Positions 29,806-38,258 of a DNA stretch of 64,000 nucleotides are shown here, in pieces; the first letter of the stretch is position 1; each line of letters starts with the position of its first letter. The position numbers and the translations under genes were made by a program. The notes beneath the pieces are model-generated. The model made no database searches and was not told the origin of the DNA. It saw only the letters and a program-made list of their open reading frames with translations. Location of the stretch: contig CAZJZO010000001.1 of the NCBI GenBank assembly GCA_964550495.1, positions 6,925-70,924 of the forward strand, read 5' to 3'. Source of the DNA: an uncultured Porphyrobacter sp. Lineage in GTDB: Bacteria > Pseudomonadota > Alphaproteobacteria > Sphingomonadales > Sphingomonadaceae.

Positions 29806-30600
29806 ATGAAACTCATGGAAGGCATGGCCGCGGTGGTAACCGGCGGCGCATCGGGTCTGGGGCGAGCCAGCGCAGCGGCATTGGCCGACGCCGGGCTGAA
29901 GGTCGCGATCTTCGATATCAACGATGCAGCGGGCGAGGAGCATGCTGCGGCGATCGGGGGAACATTCCACCACGTAGATATCATGGACGAAGCATCGGTC
30001 GAGGCTGGCTTTGGAGCAGCTCGCTCCGCCAACGGACAAGAGCGCGTGACAGTCCATTGCGCCATGGCATCCCGGCGCGGCAAGACCATCGGCTACGACA
30101 AGGCCACCGGCGGCTATAAACGTCTGCCGACGGAAGATTTTCAGTTCGGGGCCGAAGGAGTCCTGGTCGCAAGCTACCGAATTGCCAGTATCTCCGCGCT
30201 TGGCATGGCCAACAGCGAGCCGCTCAACGACGATGGCGAACGCGGCTCGATCACCCTAACCGCCAGCGTGGCAGCTCAGGATGGTCAGATCGGACAGGTG
30301 ATCTACGGCAGCTGCAAGTCAGGCGTGAACGGCCTGGTGCTGCCAATGGCGCGCGACCTGATGGATCTGGGAATTCGGGTCAATTCCGTAATGCCGGGCA
30401 TATTTGCGACGCCGCTAATGCTTGGGATGAAGGATCGCAATCCGCAAATGTGGGACCAGCTGAATGCCAGTGTCCCCTTCCCCAAGCGACTTGGTGAGCC
30501 GGAGGAGTTCGCTTCGCTCATTTGCGAGATTGCGCGCAACTCATACATCAATGGCCATCAATTCCGCCTCGATGGCGCGATCAGAATGCCGCCGAAGTAA
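29806..30600 (+). CDS. SDR family oxidoreductase (HSD17B10 / 3-hydroxyacyl-CoA dehydrogenase type II-like)
   Basis: TGGASGLG, ASVAAQDGQIGQVIYGSCK and PFPKRLGEPEEFASL motifs. Confidence 0.88.
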   Translation: MKLMEGMAAVVTGGASGLGRASAAALADAGLKVAIFDINDAAGEEHAAAIGGTFHHVDIMDEASVEAGFGAARSANGQERVTVHCAMASRRGKTIGYDKATGGYKRLPTEDFQFGAEGVLVASYRIASISALGMANSEPLNDDGERGSITLTASVAAQDGQIGQVIYGSCKSGVNGLVLPMARDLMDLGIRVNSVMPGIFATPLMLGMKDRNPQMWDQLNASVPFPKRLGEPEEFASLICEIARNSYINGHQFRLDGAIRMPPK

Positions 30601-30891
30601 CGGTGAGCCGGCATCAGATTGGATGAGAGGCGGCGGTATCGTGGAATGGGTTTCACAGAAGTGCTGACCCCGCCCCCCGGTCAGCAATCTTGGCAAGCGA
30701 CGACTTTGTCTGCCGCTCTATTGGTAGGTCTTGCGAAGCAGCCTGTATGGCTACGCCAAGAGTTCCTCGGTTGTGTTATGCAACGGTATTGGCACTGATG
30801 CCAAAGCGAGGAAACTACAGACATTCTGTAGGTGCCGGCACTCGGAAAACCCATGTTCCGGGAACCTATAGGTTGCCTACAGGTCAGCCCA

Positions 30892-31386
30892 TCAAGTCGC
30901 CAATTCACGAAACTCCGCATAGCGCTTGAACGGCACCCAGTCCTGGTCTTCACCGCGTCGGCGCAGGCGAAGCTGATGCATCACAGCTCCAACAAGCACG
31001 AGGATCAGAACCAAGGTTGTGGGAACGTTATTCAGCAACGAATATGAGAAACCGATAATATCGGTAACTCCGCGCGCGAAATGCCCAAGCACGCTGATCA
31101 ATTGCAGCGACGCAGCGAATAGCGGCCACAATCGACGCGCATTGAGCGCAATCGTGAAAAATGCGGCAAATGCAAGTGTGTCGGAAGTCAGCAAAACCAA
31201 GTCGACCGAATCAAAAACCGGATCGACAACAGTGCCGTAAGGCAACGCCTGAACAATCAGCATACCCGTAAAGGCGGCGACGCCCCATCGCTCTGGCGCG
31301 CCGCCAAACCATGCCGCTAACGGTAACCCAACAAAGAACACCACGTAAAACAGGGCGATCCCTGGATTGCTGAAGTCAGGCAACAC
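30892..31386 (-). CDS. Hypothetical multi-pass membrane protein (GGxPER type)
   Basis: 164 aa with about 5 TM segments; WFGGAPER after TM1 and RLWP motif. Confidence 0.7.
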   Translation of the reverse strand: MLPDFSNPGIALFYVVFFVGLPLAAWFGGAPERWGVAAFTGMLIVQALPYGTVVDPVFDSVDLVLLTSDTLAFAAFFTIALNARRLWPLFAASLQLISVLGHFARGVTDIIGFSYSLLNNVPTTLVLILVLVGAVMHQLRLRRRGEDQDWVPFKRYAEFRELAT

Positions 31387-31392
31387 GGCCGC

Positions 31393-31722
31393 TTAACCTT
31401 CGACCAACCTAAGATGAGGCGTGGTTTTGACCTCGGCAATATCTGGGCACTCCCAAGGCAACCCTGCTTTCTCCGCTTCCTTTTCGGCCGCAGAATGCGC
31501 CAGCGAGAGCGCGCCGCGTGCTTCGGTCAGGCTCAAGATAGTTGCAGTCAGGTGCTTGATCGTCCGTTGCGATTCGATGCCCGTCATGCCCGTTTCGGTC
31601 CGCAGCGTAACGGCTGCCTGAAGCTGATAGGAAAGATCCGCCAGCAGCTGATCGGTCTGATCGGTCATGGAATGGAAATTGTCGCTGATCTCTTGGACAA
31701 TATCTTCGGTAGTTGTGGTCAT
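31393..31722 (-). CDS. Small helical hypothetical protein
   Basis: 109 aa from MTTTTEDIVQE; ends 6 nt before the next gene; C-terminus GLPWECPDIAEVKTTPHLRLVEG. Confidence 0.65.
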   Translation of the reverse strand: MTTTTEDIVQEISDNFHSMTDQTDQLLADLSYQLQAAVTLRTETGMTGIESQRTIKHLTATILSLTEARGALSLAHSAAEKEAEKAGLPWECPDIAEVKTTPHLRLVEG

Positions 31723-31753
31723 TATTCTTAGTCCTCGACAAAAGTGACGAGGG

Positions 31754-32320
31754 CTAATTTGCGACCATCGTATCCAACGCGTTGGCAAGGCCAATTGCGC
31801 TCCCCGCTAGGATGATCATGAATGCCGCCCCGGCCGGAATAGCCCATGCGCGCCATCCTCGACCAAATTTGGCATCCCAAGCCCTCGGGCCTGTCGATCT
31901 AAGGTCATCGAGAAACTGTTCGAACTCGGGCGAGCTACGAAGCTGCTGAGCGACCATGACCGGCAGTGCCTGCAGGGTTTGTTCCACGAGGTCTTCGGTC
32001 ACATCTAGGGGGAGGAACCCTGAATTCCGGGTTCCTGTTATGGTTCGCAGGACGATAAACTTCTTGATCGCTTGGTCGCGCGAGGTCGCCCCAAGGCAGC
32101 GCTTCGCCTTGCGCAGATGCTTCTCTACCGAGTTGGTGGTCAGGTCAATTTCGTGCGCAATCAACTCGTTCTTCTTGCCTTCAGCCGCATGCTCGAGGAC
32201 TTCGGTCTGACGCTCGGTCAGCTGGCCGAGCGCAATCTCTGCGCGCTCGCGCCAAACCCCCATCGCATCAAAATCGAGTTGTTTTATGTGTTCACCCACA
32301 TAGCGTGAATAGCGGATCAT
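31754..32320 (-). CDS. LuxR-type HTH protein with C-terminal transmembrane segment
   Basis: LTERQTEVLEHAAEGKKNELIAHEIDLTTNSVEKHLRKAKRCLGA is a LuxR HTH; the C-terminus is hydrophobic (WAIPAGAAFMIILAGSAIGL). Start uncertain. Confidence 0.75.
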   Translation of the reverse strand: MIRYSRYVGEHIKQLDFDAMGVWRERAEIALGQLTERQTEVLEHAAEGKKNELIAHEIDLTTNSVEKHLRKAKRCLGATSRDQAIKKFIVLRTITGTRNSGFLPLDVTEDLVEQTLQALPVMVAQQLRSSPEFEQFLDDLRSTGPRAWDAKFGRGWRAWAIPAGAAFMIILAGSAIGLANALDTMVAN

Positions 32321-32451
32321 GCGCCGACAGCAAAGTTCGAAGTGCCGCACCCCTGCGCCAGGCGTGCCGCTACGGGATTCAACGGTATCGTGAATTGGGC
32401 ACGAATCCCGGCGCTCCTTCGGTTGGAATCGGAAGGATCGGGAGATTCAGT

Positions 32452-32525
32452 TGGAGCGGGTGAAGGGAATCGAACCCTCGTCTTAAGCTTGGGAAGCTCC
32501 TGCTCTACCATTGAGCTACACCCGC
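32452..32525 (-). tRNA. tRNA-Gly (CCC)
   Basis: Reverse complement reads GCGGGTGTAGCTCAATGGTAGAGCAGGAGCTTCCCAAGCTTAAGACGAGGGTTCGATTCCCTTCACCCGCTCCA: cloverleaf, anticodon CCC, encoded CCA. Confidence 0.97.
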
Positions 32526-32846
32526 ATGCCACGAAGCCGCGCGATTGCATCAAGTTGCTCGGCCGGTCAACTCGTTGGGGATGCAGGATCGATAGCATGG
32601 GAGAACTTTATGGTGTGGCTTTCCACCCCAACCGGTCCTCTGCCTGTTATCGTCGAAGCGCCCTTCGCAAAACCAATTCATGAGGCCCGATTCAGATACA
32701 ACTCACTATTGTAGATTTGTTCACCAACACTCGATGGCTTTCGAACACAAAAAGAGTGTCACACAATTTGCGTCGGCAAGCCCTGTACTTCGCTCAACTT
32801 GTAGAAATATGATGCTGTTGTGCTATAGGAGTGTCAGGGAGGGGAT

Positions 32847-33113
32847 ATGGCTCTGTCCAAAATCGATCTCGCGCCTTTGCCCAATTCGGGGACGTCGAGG
32901 GCTGTCCTGGCGACTCATTTGGCGGCGGAAATTGCTCAGCACGGCCTTCCCGCTGTGAAAGCGAGTTTGCTTGCAGGAATGACAGGCGTCGCCGCCGACG
33001 CGCCACCTTCCGAGAGAGTCCGCCTGCACCGGCTATATGCGGGAGCATACACCAACGAGGAATTGGAGGGACTGATCGACAACACGCTGACCAGTCTGGG
33101 GCTCGGAGGCTAG
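32847..33113 (+). CDS. Hypothetical protein (gene 1 of PLD operon)
   Basis: 88 aa; GGGAGGGG SD before ATG; 4-nt gap to the next ORF. Confidence 0.6.
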   Translation: MALSKIDLAPLPNSGTSRAVLATHLAAEIAQHGLPAVKASLLAGMTGVAADAPPSERVRLHRLYAGAYTNEELEGLIDNTLTSLGLGG

Positions 33114-33117
33114 CGCG

Positions 33118-33402
33118 ATGTCGTACAATCTCGGCGAATGGTGGAAGCAGCTAACATGCGACATGTGCCCCAAGACGCCGCCACCGCCGCCGGATCTGGG
33201 TTTGCCGCCCGACTATCACGATCCGTCCTGGGACGATCAGGATCCGTACGGCCTGACGGATCCCTCTCCCTATCCCGAAGATGATGATGACGGCGTTCCC
33301 GAGGAAGACGGTCTTCCCGGCATTCCGATTCCGGGAGGCGGGAGCGCAAGCCCCACCTGGAATGGTGGCCCGGGCTTCAGGCTGACATGGCCATGGGGAT
33401 GA
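33118..33402 (+). CDS. Pro/Asp-rich hypothetical protein with CxxC (gene 2)
   Basis: 94 aa; GGAGG upstream; CDMC, poly-Pro, acidic middle and aromatic C-terminus; stop overlaps the next ATG (ATGA). Confidence 0.55.
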   Translation: MSYNLGEWWKQLTCDMCPKTPPPPPDLGLPPDYHDPSWDDQDPYGLTDPSPYPEDDDDGVPEEDGLPGIPIPGGGSASPTWNGGPGFRLTWPWG

Positions 33403-33677
33403 CCAAAGCAGAAGCAATCCAACGGTATCGAGCCGTCATCAAGCTCAGGCAGCTTTACCAGGCCCATATGGCAACCGAACATGGCAATGCGATATTGGCA
33501 TTGCGGCTGGAAGGACAGGTTGCCGCTGACGATGAACTCGATCCGTCTGACAAGACGCAACGACTGCAAGAATTGGCGCGGCTGCGCAGCCTCACGAAGG
33601 AGCGGTTCCTCGCATTTGCAGAACGGACGGGGCAACTCGACCAACGGGTCTCGGAACTGGCGGAGTGGACCGAATGA
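33399..33677 (+). CDS. Coiled-coil-like hypothetical protein (gene 3)
   Basis: 92 aa with a charged helical pattern; ATGA overlaps at both ends. Confidence 0.6.
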   Translation: MTKAEAIQRYRAVIKLRQLYQAHMATEHGNAILALRLEGQVAADDELDPSDKTQRLQELARLRSLTKERFLAFAERTGQLDQRVSELAEWTE

Positions 33678-34195
33678 ACCTGCCCTTCTCCAGCACCGGG
33701 CTCGCACGCATTGACGATCGAGCTTACTTCGATTTTTGCCTGGCTGCTGCCGAGCGCAGCCAGAGACGGATCTGGGTTTCGCTGTTTATTTGCGACATCC
33801 GCCCCGAGCGCGACGTTGACGGCCAGGTGCTGGAGCTCCTTTCCGCGCTGGTCGATCGACGGTCATGGGGCGTGGATGTCCGCGTGCTGCTGACCGGCGA
33901 TGCCAATGCTGCAGACATCGCTTCGGCAAATTTCGCTTCCGGATATTTTCTCGATCAGTCGGGCGTCCCGCTGCGGCGAATCGTTCGTGTAGACGGGGAA
34001 AGGCTTGGCACCCATTCGAAATTCGCGGTTTTTGACGACGTAGCTGTCGTCGGTAGCCAGAACTGGACCGATGACGGTTTTCGTTTGAACATCGAAGATG
34101 CCGTCCTGCTTGCCGGGTCGGGCACGGACCGCATCGGCAGCGAGTTTCTCAGGCTTTGGCAACACGGAAGGGGAATGCCTCGTGCCGCTGACTGA
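33674..34195 (+). CDS. Phospholipase D superfamily protein, single HKD (gene 4)
   Basis: HSKFAVFD (HxKxxxxD, 34013-34036) followed by GSQNW; RGVDVRVL-like strand (WGVDVRVLL). Confidence 0.85.
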   Translation: MNLPFSSTGLARIDDRAYFDFCLAAAERSQRRIWVSLFICDIRPERDVDGQVLELLSALVDRRSWGVDVRVLLTGDANAADIASANFASGYFLDQSGVPLRRIVRVDGERLGTHSKFAVFDDVAVVGSQNWTDDGFRLNIEDAVLLAGSGTDRIGSEFLRLWQHGRGMPRAAD

Positions 34196-35465
34196 AACCG
34201 CGGCGACAATAGTCGTTCAGCGCTGGGAACAAGATTCCGGCAGCGGCTTCTCGGCTGCAGAACGCACGGCGCTTGCGCAAGCTCTTGTGCGCCTGTCGAG
34301 CGCGGTTGTTTCCGACATGGTTGACGATGTCCCGCTCACGCAGGACCAGAAGACCACATTTTTGGCCGGGCGTACGGAATCCTATCTCAACGACTGGATC
34401 GGGCGGATTGCACGGCAATCCCTGCGCGGTCTCGGCGATAGCTTCGACACCCAAGATCTTGACGATCCGGCTTCGGCCATCGGCCTGCGCAGCGCCGATC
34501 ATCAGGAATTGGTCGATCTTCCCGTCCTCGGTGACGCACTGGCACGCAAGGTCGATCGGTACCTGGCCAACAATCCCAACGCCGAAATGTCCGATCTGAG
34601 CGAAATCTCGGGCATCAGCGATGCCGGCGTCCAAACTCTGCGCGAGGTCGCGTATCTCGACCGGCCGAATACCGTTCTCGTATCGCCCAGCCTGATGAGC
34701 TTTGCGCGTTCGCCGTCGGTTGCCTCGATCATTGCGGTGTTCGAGAACAGCGATCTCGCCTTTGTGTATGGCGACCTGAGGACAGCCGAGCGGCGCCTCG
34801 AAGCCGGCTTGCCATCGACGGTTGCCGGCCGCCTGATCGACTTGATCGAAAGGGTCGCCAGGTTCGCCGAATCCGTCAGGTTTCCCGCCAACGGCGCGCT
34901 GGCGAGCGAAGCTCTTGCCTGGTTGAAGCGACAGGACCAGTATCGCGACACGCTTGGCACGGCGCAGTCGGGCGACGGAAGCATCCTGATCAACGGCTCC
35001 TATGTCGAGGCGGCCAAGGCCTTGATCGAGAGCGCGCAAACCAAGGTTTCGCTGATGGTGTTTCTTGGCACCACGTCTTCGTCGATCGATGGAAATCCCG
35101 CTCCGGCGAGCCTGATCGACGCGCTGCTGCAAACGCCGCCGGGCTGCACTGTCCGGGTAATCCTCGACCGCGACGATGTCGGGGATCCCTACAAGAGCAG
35201 ACTGATCAATCGCGCGCTTTTCGATCGTCTCAAGCAGGGCGGCGTCGAGGTCAAACTGGACGAGGCCGACGAATTGCTACACTCCAAGGTGTTGATCGTC
35301 GACGACGCAAGTGCAATCGTCGGCAGCCACAACTGGACGCGAAGCGGATTCAACTCCACGCATGAATTGAGCGTTCTGGCTCACCAACCCAACCTCGCAC
35401 AGGCCTATCAAAAGCGCTTCGACGCCTTGTGGGCCCGCTTGCCCGATACCCCGCCATCGCAATAG
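34182..35465 (+). CDS. Helix-hairpin-helix plus PLD-like nuclease domain protein (gene 5)
   Basis: GTG 34182 after GGAAGGGGA. ComEA-like HhH pattern (IGLRSADHQELVDLPVLGDALARKV...DLSEISGISDAGVQTL); C-terminal HSKVLIVD plus GSHNW. Confidence 0.8.
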   Translation: MPLTETAATIVVQRWEQDSGSGFSAAERTALAQALVRLSSAVVSDMVDDVPLTQDQKTTFLAGRTESYLNDWIGRIARQSLRGLGDSFDTQDLDDPASAIGLRSADHQELVDLPVLGDALARKVDRYLANNPNAEMSDLSEISGISDAGVQTLREVAYLDRPNTVLVSPSLMSFARSPSVASIIAVFENSDLAFVYGDLRTAERRLEAGLPSTVAGRLIDLIERVARFAESVRFPANGALASEALAWLKRQDQYRDTLGTAQSGDGSILINGSYVEAAKALIESAQTKVSLMVFLGTTSSSIDGNPAPASLIDALLQTPPGCTVRVILDRDDVGDPYKSRLINRALFDRLKQGGVEVKLDEADELLHSKVLIVDDASAIVGSHNWTRSGFNSTHELSVLAHQPNLAQAYQKRFDALWARLPDTPPSQ

Positions 35466-35635
35466 CGCCGATCGCAGCGCAACTGTTGCCAAGGACGCGC
35501 CCGCCGTTGGCATCGAGGGGTGGTCAATCAGATAGGTGATGCGCTCAAGCTCGATTAGTATCGCTCGGACGATTGGATTCGCACCCCGTGCCCGCTAAAG
35601 CGGCTGCAAGAATCGAACAGGCGAGAGGAATAATC

Positions 35636-37132
35636 ATGCGGCAAGTCGATCATTTCCTGGTTGGTGGCTCTGGCGGTCCGCCTGCCCGCACGCACCAGAT
35701 CTGGAATCCTTCGACCGGCGAAGTGCAGGCCGAGGTCGGGCTGGGCGACGCAGCCCTGCTTGAACAGGCTGTTGCGACCGCCAAACAGGTGCAGCCGGCA
35801 TGGGCGGCGACCAATCCGCAGAAGCGGGCGCGGGTCATGTTCCGCTTCAAGGAACTGGTCGAAGCCAACATGCAGAGCCTCGCCGAACTGCTTTCGAGCG
35901 AGCACGGCAAGGTAATCGATGACGCCAAGGGCGATGTCCAGCGCGGGCTGGAAGTGATCGAATATGCCTGCGGCATCCCGCAAGTGCTGAAAGGCGAGTA
36001 CACCCAAGGCGCTGGCCCCGGGATCGATGTCTATTCAACCCGCCAGCCGCTTGGCATCGGTGCCGGGATCACACCGTTCAACTTCCCGGCCATGATCCCG
36101 ATGTGGATGTTCGGGATGGCGATCGCCGCGGGCAATGCCTTTATCCTCAAGCCGGCCGAGCGCGATCCGAGCGTGCCGGTTCGGCTCGCGGAACTCTTCA
36201 TTGAAGCGGGTGCTCCCGAAGGATTGCTGCAGGTCATCCATGGCGACAAGGAGATGGTCGACGCGATCCTCGACCACCCGGCGATTGCGGCGGTCAGCTT
36301 CGTCGGTTCGTCCGACATCGCCCACTATGTCTACCGCCGCGGAGCCGAGGCCGGAAAGCGCGTGCAGGCCATGGGCGGAGCGAAAAATCACGGCATCGTG
36401 ATGCCCGATGCAGATCTCGATCAGGTCGTGAACGATCTCGCCGGCGCCGCGTTCGGTTCGGCGGGCGAGCGCTGCATGGCCCTGCCGGTGGTGGTGCCGG
36501 TGGGCGAAGACACGGCCGAACGACTGAAGGAAAAGCTGATCCCGGCGATCAACGCTTTGCGCATCGGCGTCTCGACCGATCCCGACGCGCATTACGGACC
36601 GGTTGTCACACCCGAGCACAAGGCAAGGGTCGAAGGCTGGATCGACACCGCCGAGCAGGAAGGCGCGGAGATCGTTGTCGATGGACGCGGCTACACACTT
36701 CAGGGGCACGAAGACGGCTTCTTTGTCGGGCCGACCCTGATCGACCGCGTGACGCCGACCATGTCGAGCTATCAGGAAGAGATCTTCGGCCCGGTCCTGC
36801 AGATGGTCCGCGCAACCCACTTTGAAGACGCAGTGCGGCTGCCGAGCGAGCACCAGTATGGCAATGGTGTCGCGATCTTCACCCGCAACGGCCATGCCGC
36901 TCGCGAGTTCGCCAGCCGAGTCAATGTCGGCATGGTCGGGATCAATGTTCCGATCCCGGTTCCGGTCGCGTACCATTCCTTTGGCGGTTGGAAGCGATCG
37001 GGTTTTGGCGACATCGACCAATATGGCACCGAAGGCCTGCGATTCTGGACCAAGACCAAGAAAGTCACCCAGCGCTGGCCCGATGGCGGTGGCGACGGCT
37101 CCAACGCTTTCGTGATTCCGACCTTCGGATAG
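35636..37132 (+). CDS. mmsA: CoA-acylating methylmalonate-semialdehyde dehydrogenase
   Basis: ITPFNFPAMIPMW, FVGS, MGGAKNH, AGERCMA and EEIFGPV motifs. Confidence 0.94.
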   Translation: MRQVDHFLVGGSGGPPARTHQIWNPSTGEVQAEVGLGDAALLEQAVATAKQVQPAWAATNPQKRARVMFRFKELVEANMQSLAELLSSEHGKVIDDAKGDVQRGLEVIEYACGIPQVLKGEYTQGAGPGIDVYSTRQPLGIGAGITPFNFPAMIPMWMFGMAIAAGNAFILKPAERDPSVPVRLAELFIEAGAPEGLLQVIHGDKEMVDAILDHPAIAAVSFVGSSDIAHYVYRRGAEAGKRVQAMGGAKNHGIVMPDADLDQVVNDLAGAAFGSAGERCMALPVVVPVGEDTAERLKEKLIPAINALRIGVSTDPDAHYGPVVTPEHKARVEGWIDTAEQEGAEIVVDGRGYTLQGHEDGFFVGPTLIDRVTPTMSSYQEEIFGPVLQMVRATHFEDAVRLPSEHQYGNGVAIFTRNGHAAREFASRVNVGMVGINVPIPVPVAYHSFGGWKRSGFGDIDQYGTEGLRFWTKTKKVTQRWPDGGGDGSNAFVIPTFG

Positions 37133-37142
37133 GCGCGGCTCA

Positions 37143-38087
37143 ATGTTTCGTTGGCTGTTTGCCGCGCTCGCTCTTACGCTGAGCGCGCCACTCACTGCGC
37201 AGGAAAAGCGTATCGCCATCACCTTCGATGACTCGCCTCGCCATGCCGGTGCGCTCTATTCCGAAGACGAGCGTGCGATCAGATTGATCGCTGCGCTAAG
37301 CGAAGCAGAGGTCGAACAGGCAGCGTTCTTCGTAAACCCAGGTCGGTTGGACGAGCGCCCGGGAGGCGAGACCCGCATCGCGGCGTATGTGGCCGCAGGT
37401 CACGTCATCGCCAACCACACCGATACACATCCTCGCCTGCGGGAGACCGAAACGTCAGCCTATGTCGCGGATATCGACTCCGCTGCCAGTTGGCTTGACG
37501 GGCGCAAGGGATACCGCCCTTGGTTCCGCTTTCCATTCCTTGATGAAGGCGGTGCAGACAAAGCGAAGCGCGACGCGATCCGAGCAGCGCTTAAGGAGCG
37601 CGGGCTCACCAATGGTTACGTTACGGTCGATGCCTCCGACTGGTTCTACGATGGCGCGCTAAGCACAGCTACACGCGAAGGAATGCCGGTCGATATTCCC
37701 GCGCTGAAGGCGCTTTTCGTCGAAAGCCACATCGAGGCTGCGCGGTTCTACGACAGTCTCGCTCGCAAGACTTTGGGGCGATCCCCGGCGCACGTGTTGC
37801 TGCTGCATGAAAGCGATCTGGTCGCGCTGACACTGGCCGATCTTGTCGCTGCCTTGCGTGAGGACGGCTGGACGATCATCACCGCGGACAAGGCCTACGA
37901 AGACCCGTTCAGCGCGTTCGCGGCCACCTACGACACGCGCTCGGCGCAGGGCACGCTCACCGAGCAGGTCGCTTGGGAGAGAGGCCTGCCTGCACCACGC
38001 TGGTATGCTCGCAACGACACGCGAGTGGCAAAGGCAGAATTCGACCGGCGCGTGCTGGGGGTCGAACCTGCGGAAGGCGACCAATAG
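37143..38087 (+). CDS. Exported polysaccharide deacetylase (CE4)
   Basis: Signal peptide; TFDDSP, NHTDTH, FRFPFL and LLLHE CE4 motifs. Confidence 0.85.
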   Translation: MFRWLFAALALTLSAPLTAQEKRIAITFDDSPRHAGALYSEDERAIRLIAALSEAEVEQAAFFVNPGRLDERPGGETRIAAYVAAGHVIANHTDTHPRLRETETSAYVADIDSAASWLDGRKGYRPWFRFPFLDEGGADKAKRDAIRAALKERGLTNGYVTVDASDWFYDGALSTATREGMPVDIPALKALFVESHIEAARFYDSLARKTLGRSPAHVLLLHESDLVALTLADLVAALREDGWTIITADKAYEDPFSAFAATYDTRSAQGTLTEQVAWERGLPAPRWYARNDTRVAKAEFDRRVLGVEPAEGDQ

Positions 38088-38258
38088 CCGCGAAATCCGG
38101 GCGCTGTTGCCTGGCGCTTCTGGCCTTGCTGCACTGACCAAGAACCAACTGCAGCGCATGCGCGGACAGTAATCCAGACCAAAGGTTGGCGAGACTCGAC
38201 AAGTATTATCGGGCTTTTCTCGCTATTCATCGTCCACAAACACTGGTGTGGGATGAAC

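Noticed and set aside
30681-30953. Short ORFs 30690..30929 (+) and 30681..30953 (-)
   Set aside because: No SD, no recognisable motif and they overlap palindromic non-coding structure; cannot be supported.
32317-32846. ORFs 32342..32683, 32317..32598, 32511..32714 and 32680..32958
   Set aside because: They overlap the tRNA or the operon promoter region and have no protein-like features.
30601-35635. Integrative element or prophage at tRNA-Gly
   Set aside because: No integrase and no duplicated tRNA 3' end (att site) were found on either side; described only as accessory DNA flanking a tRNA.
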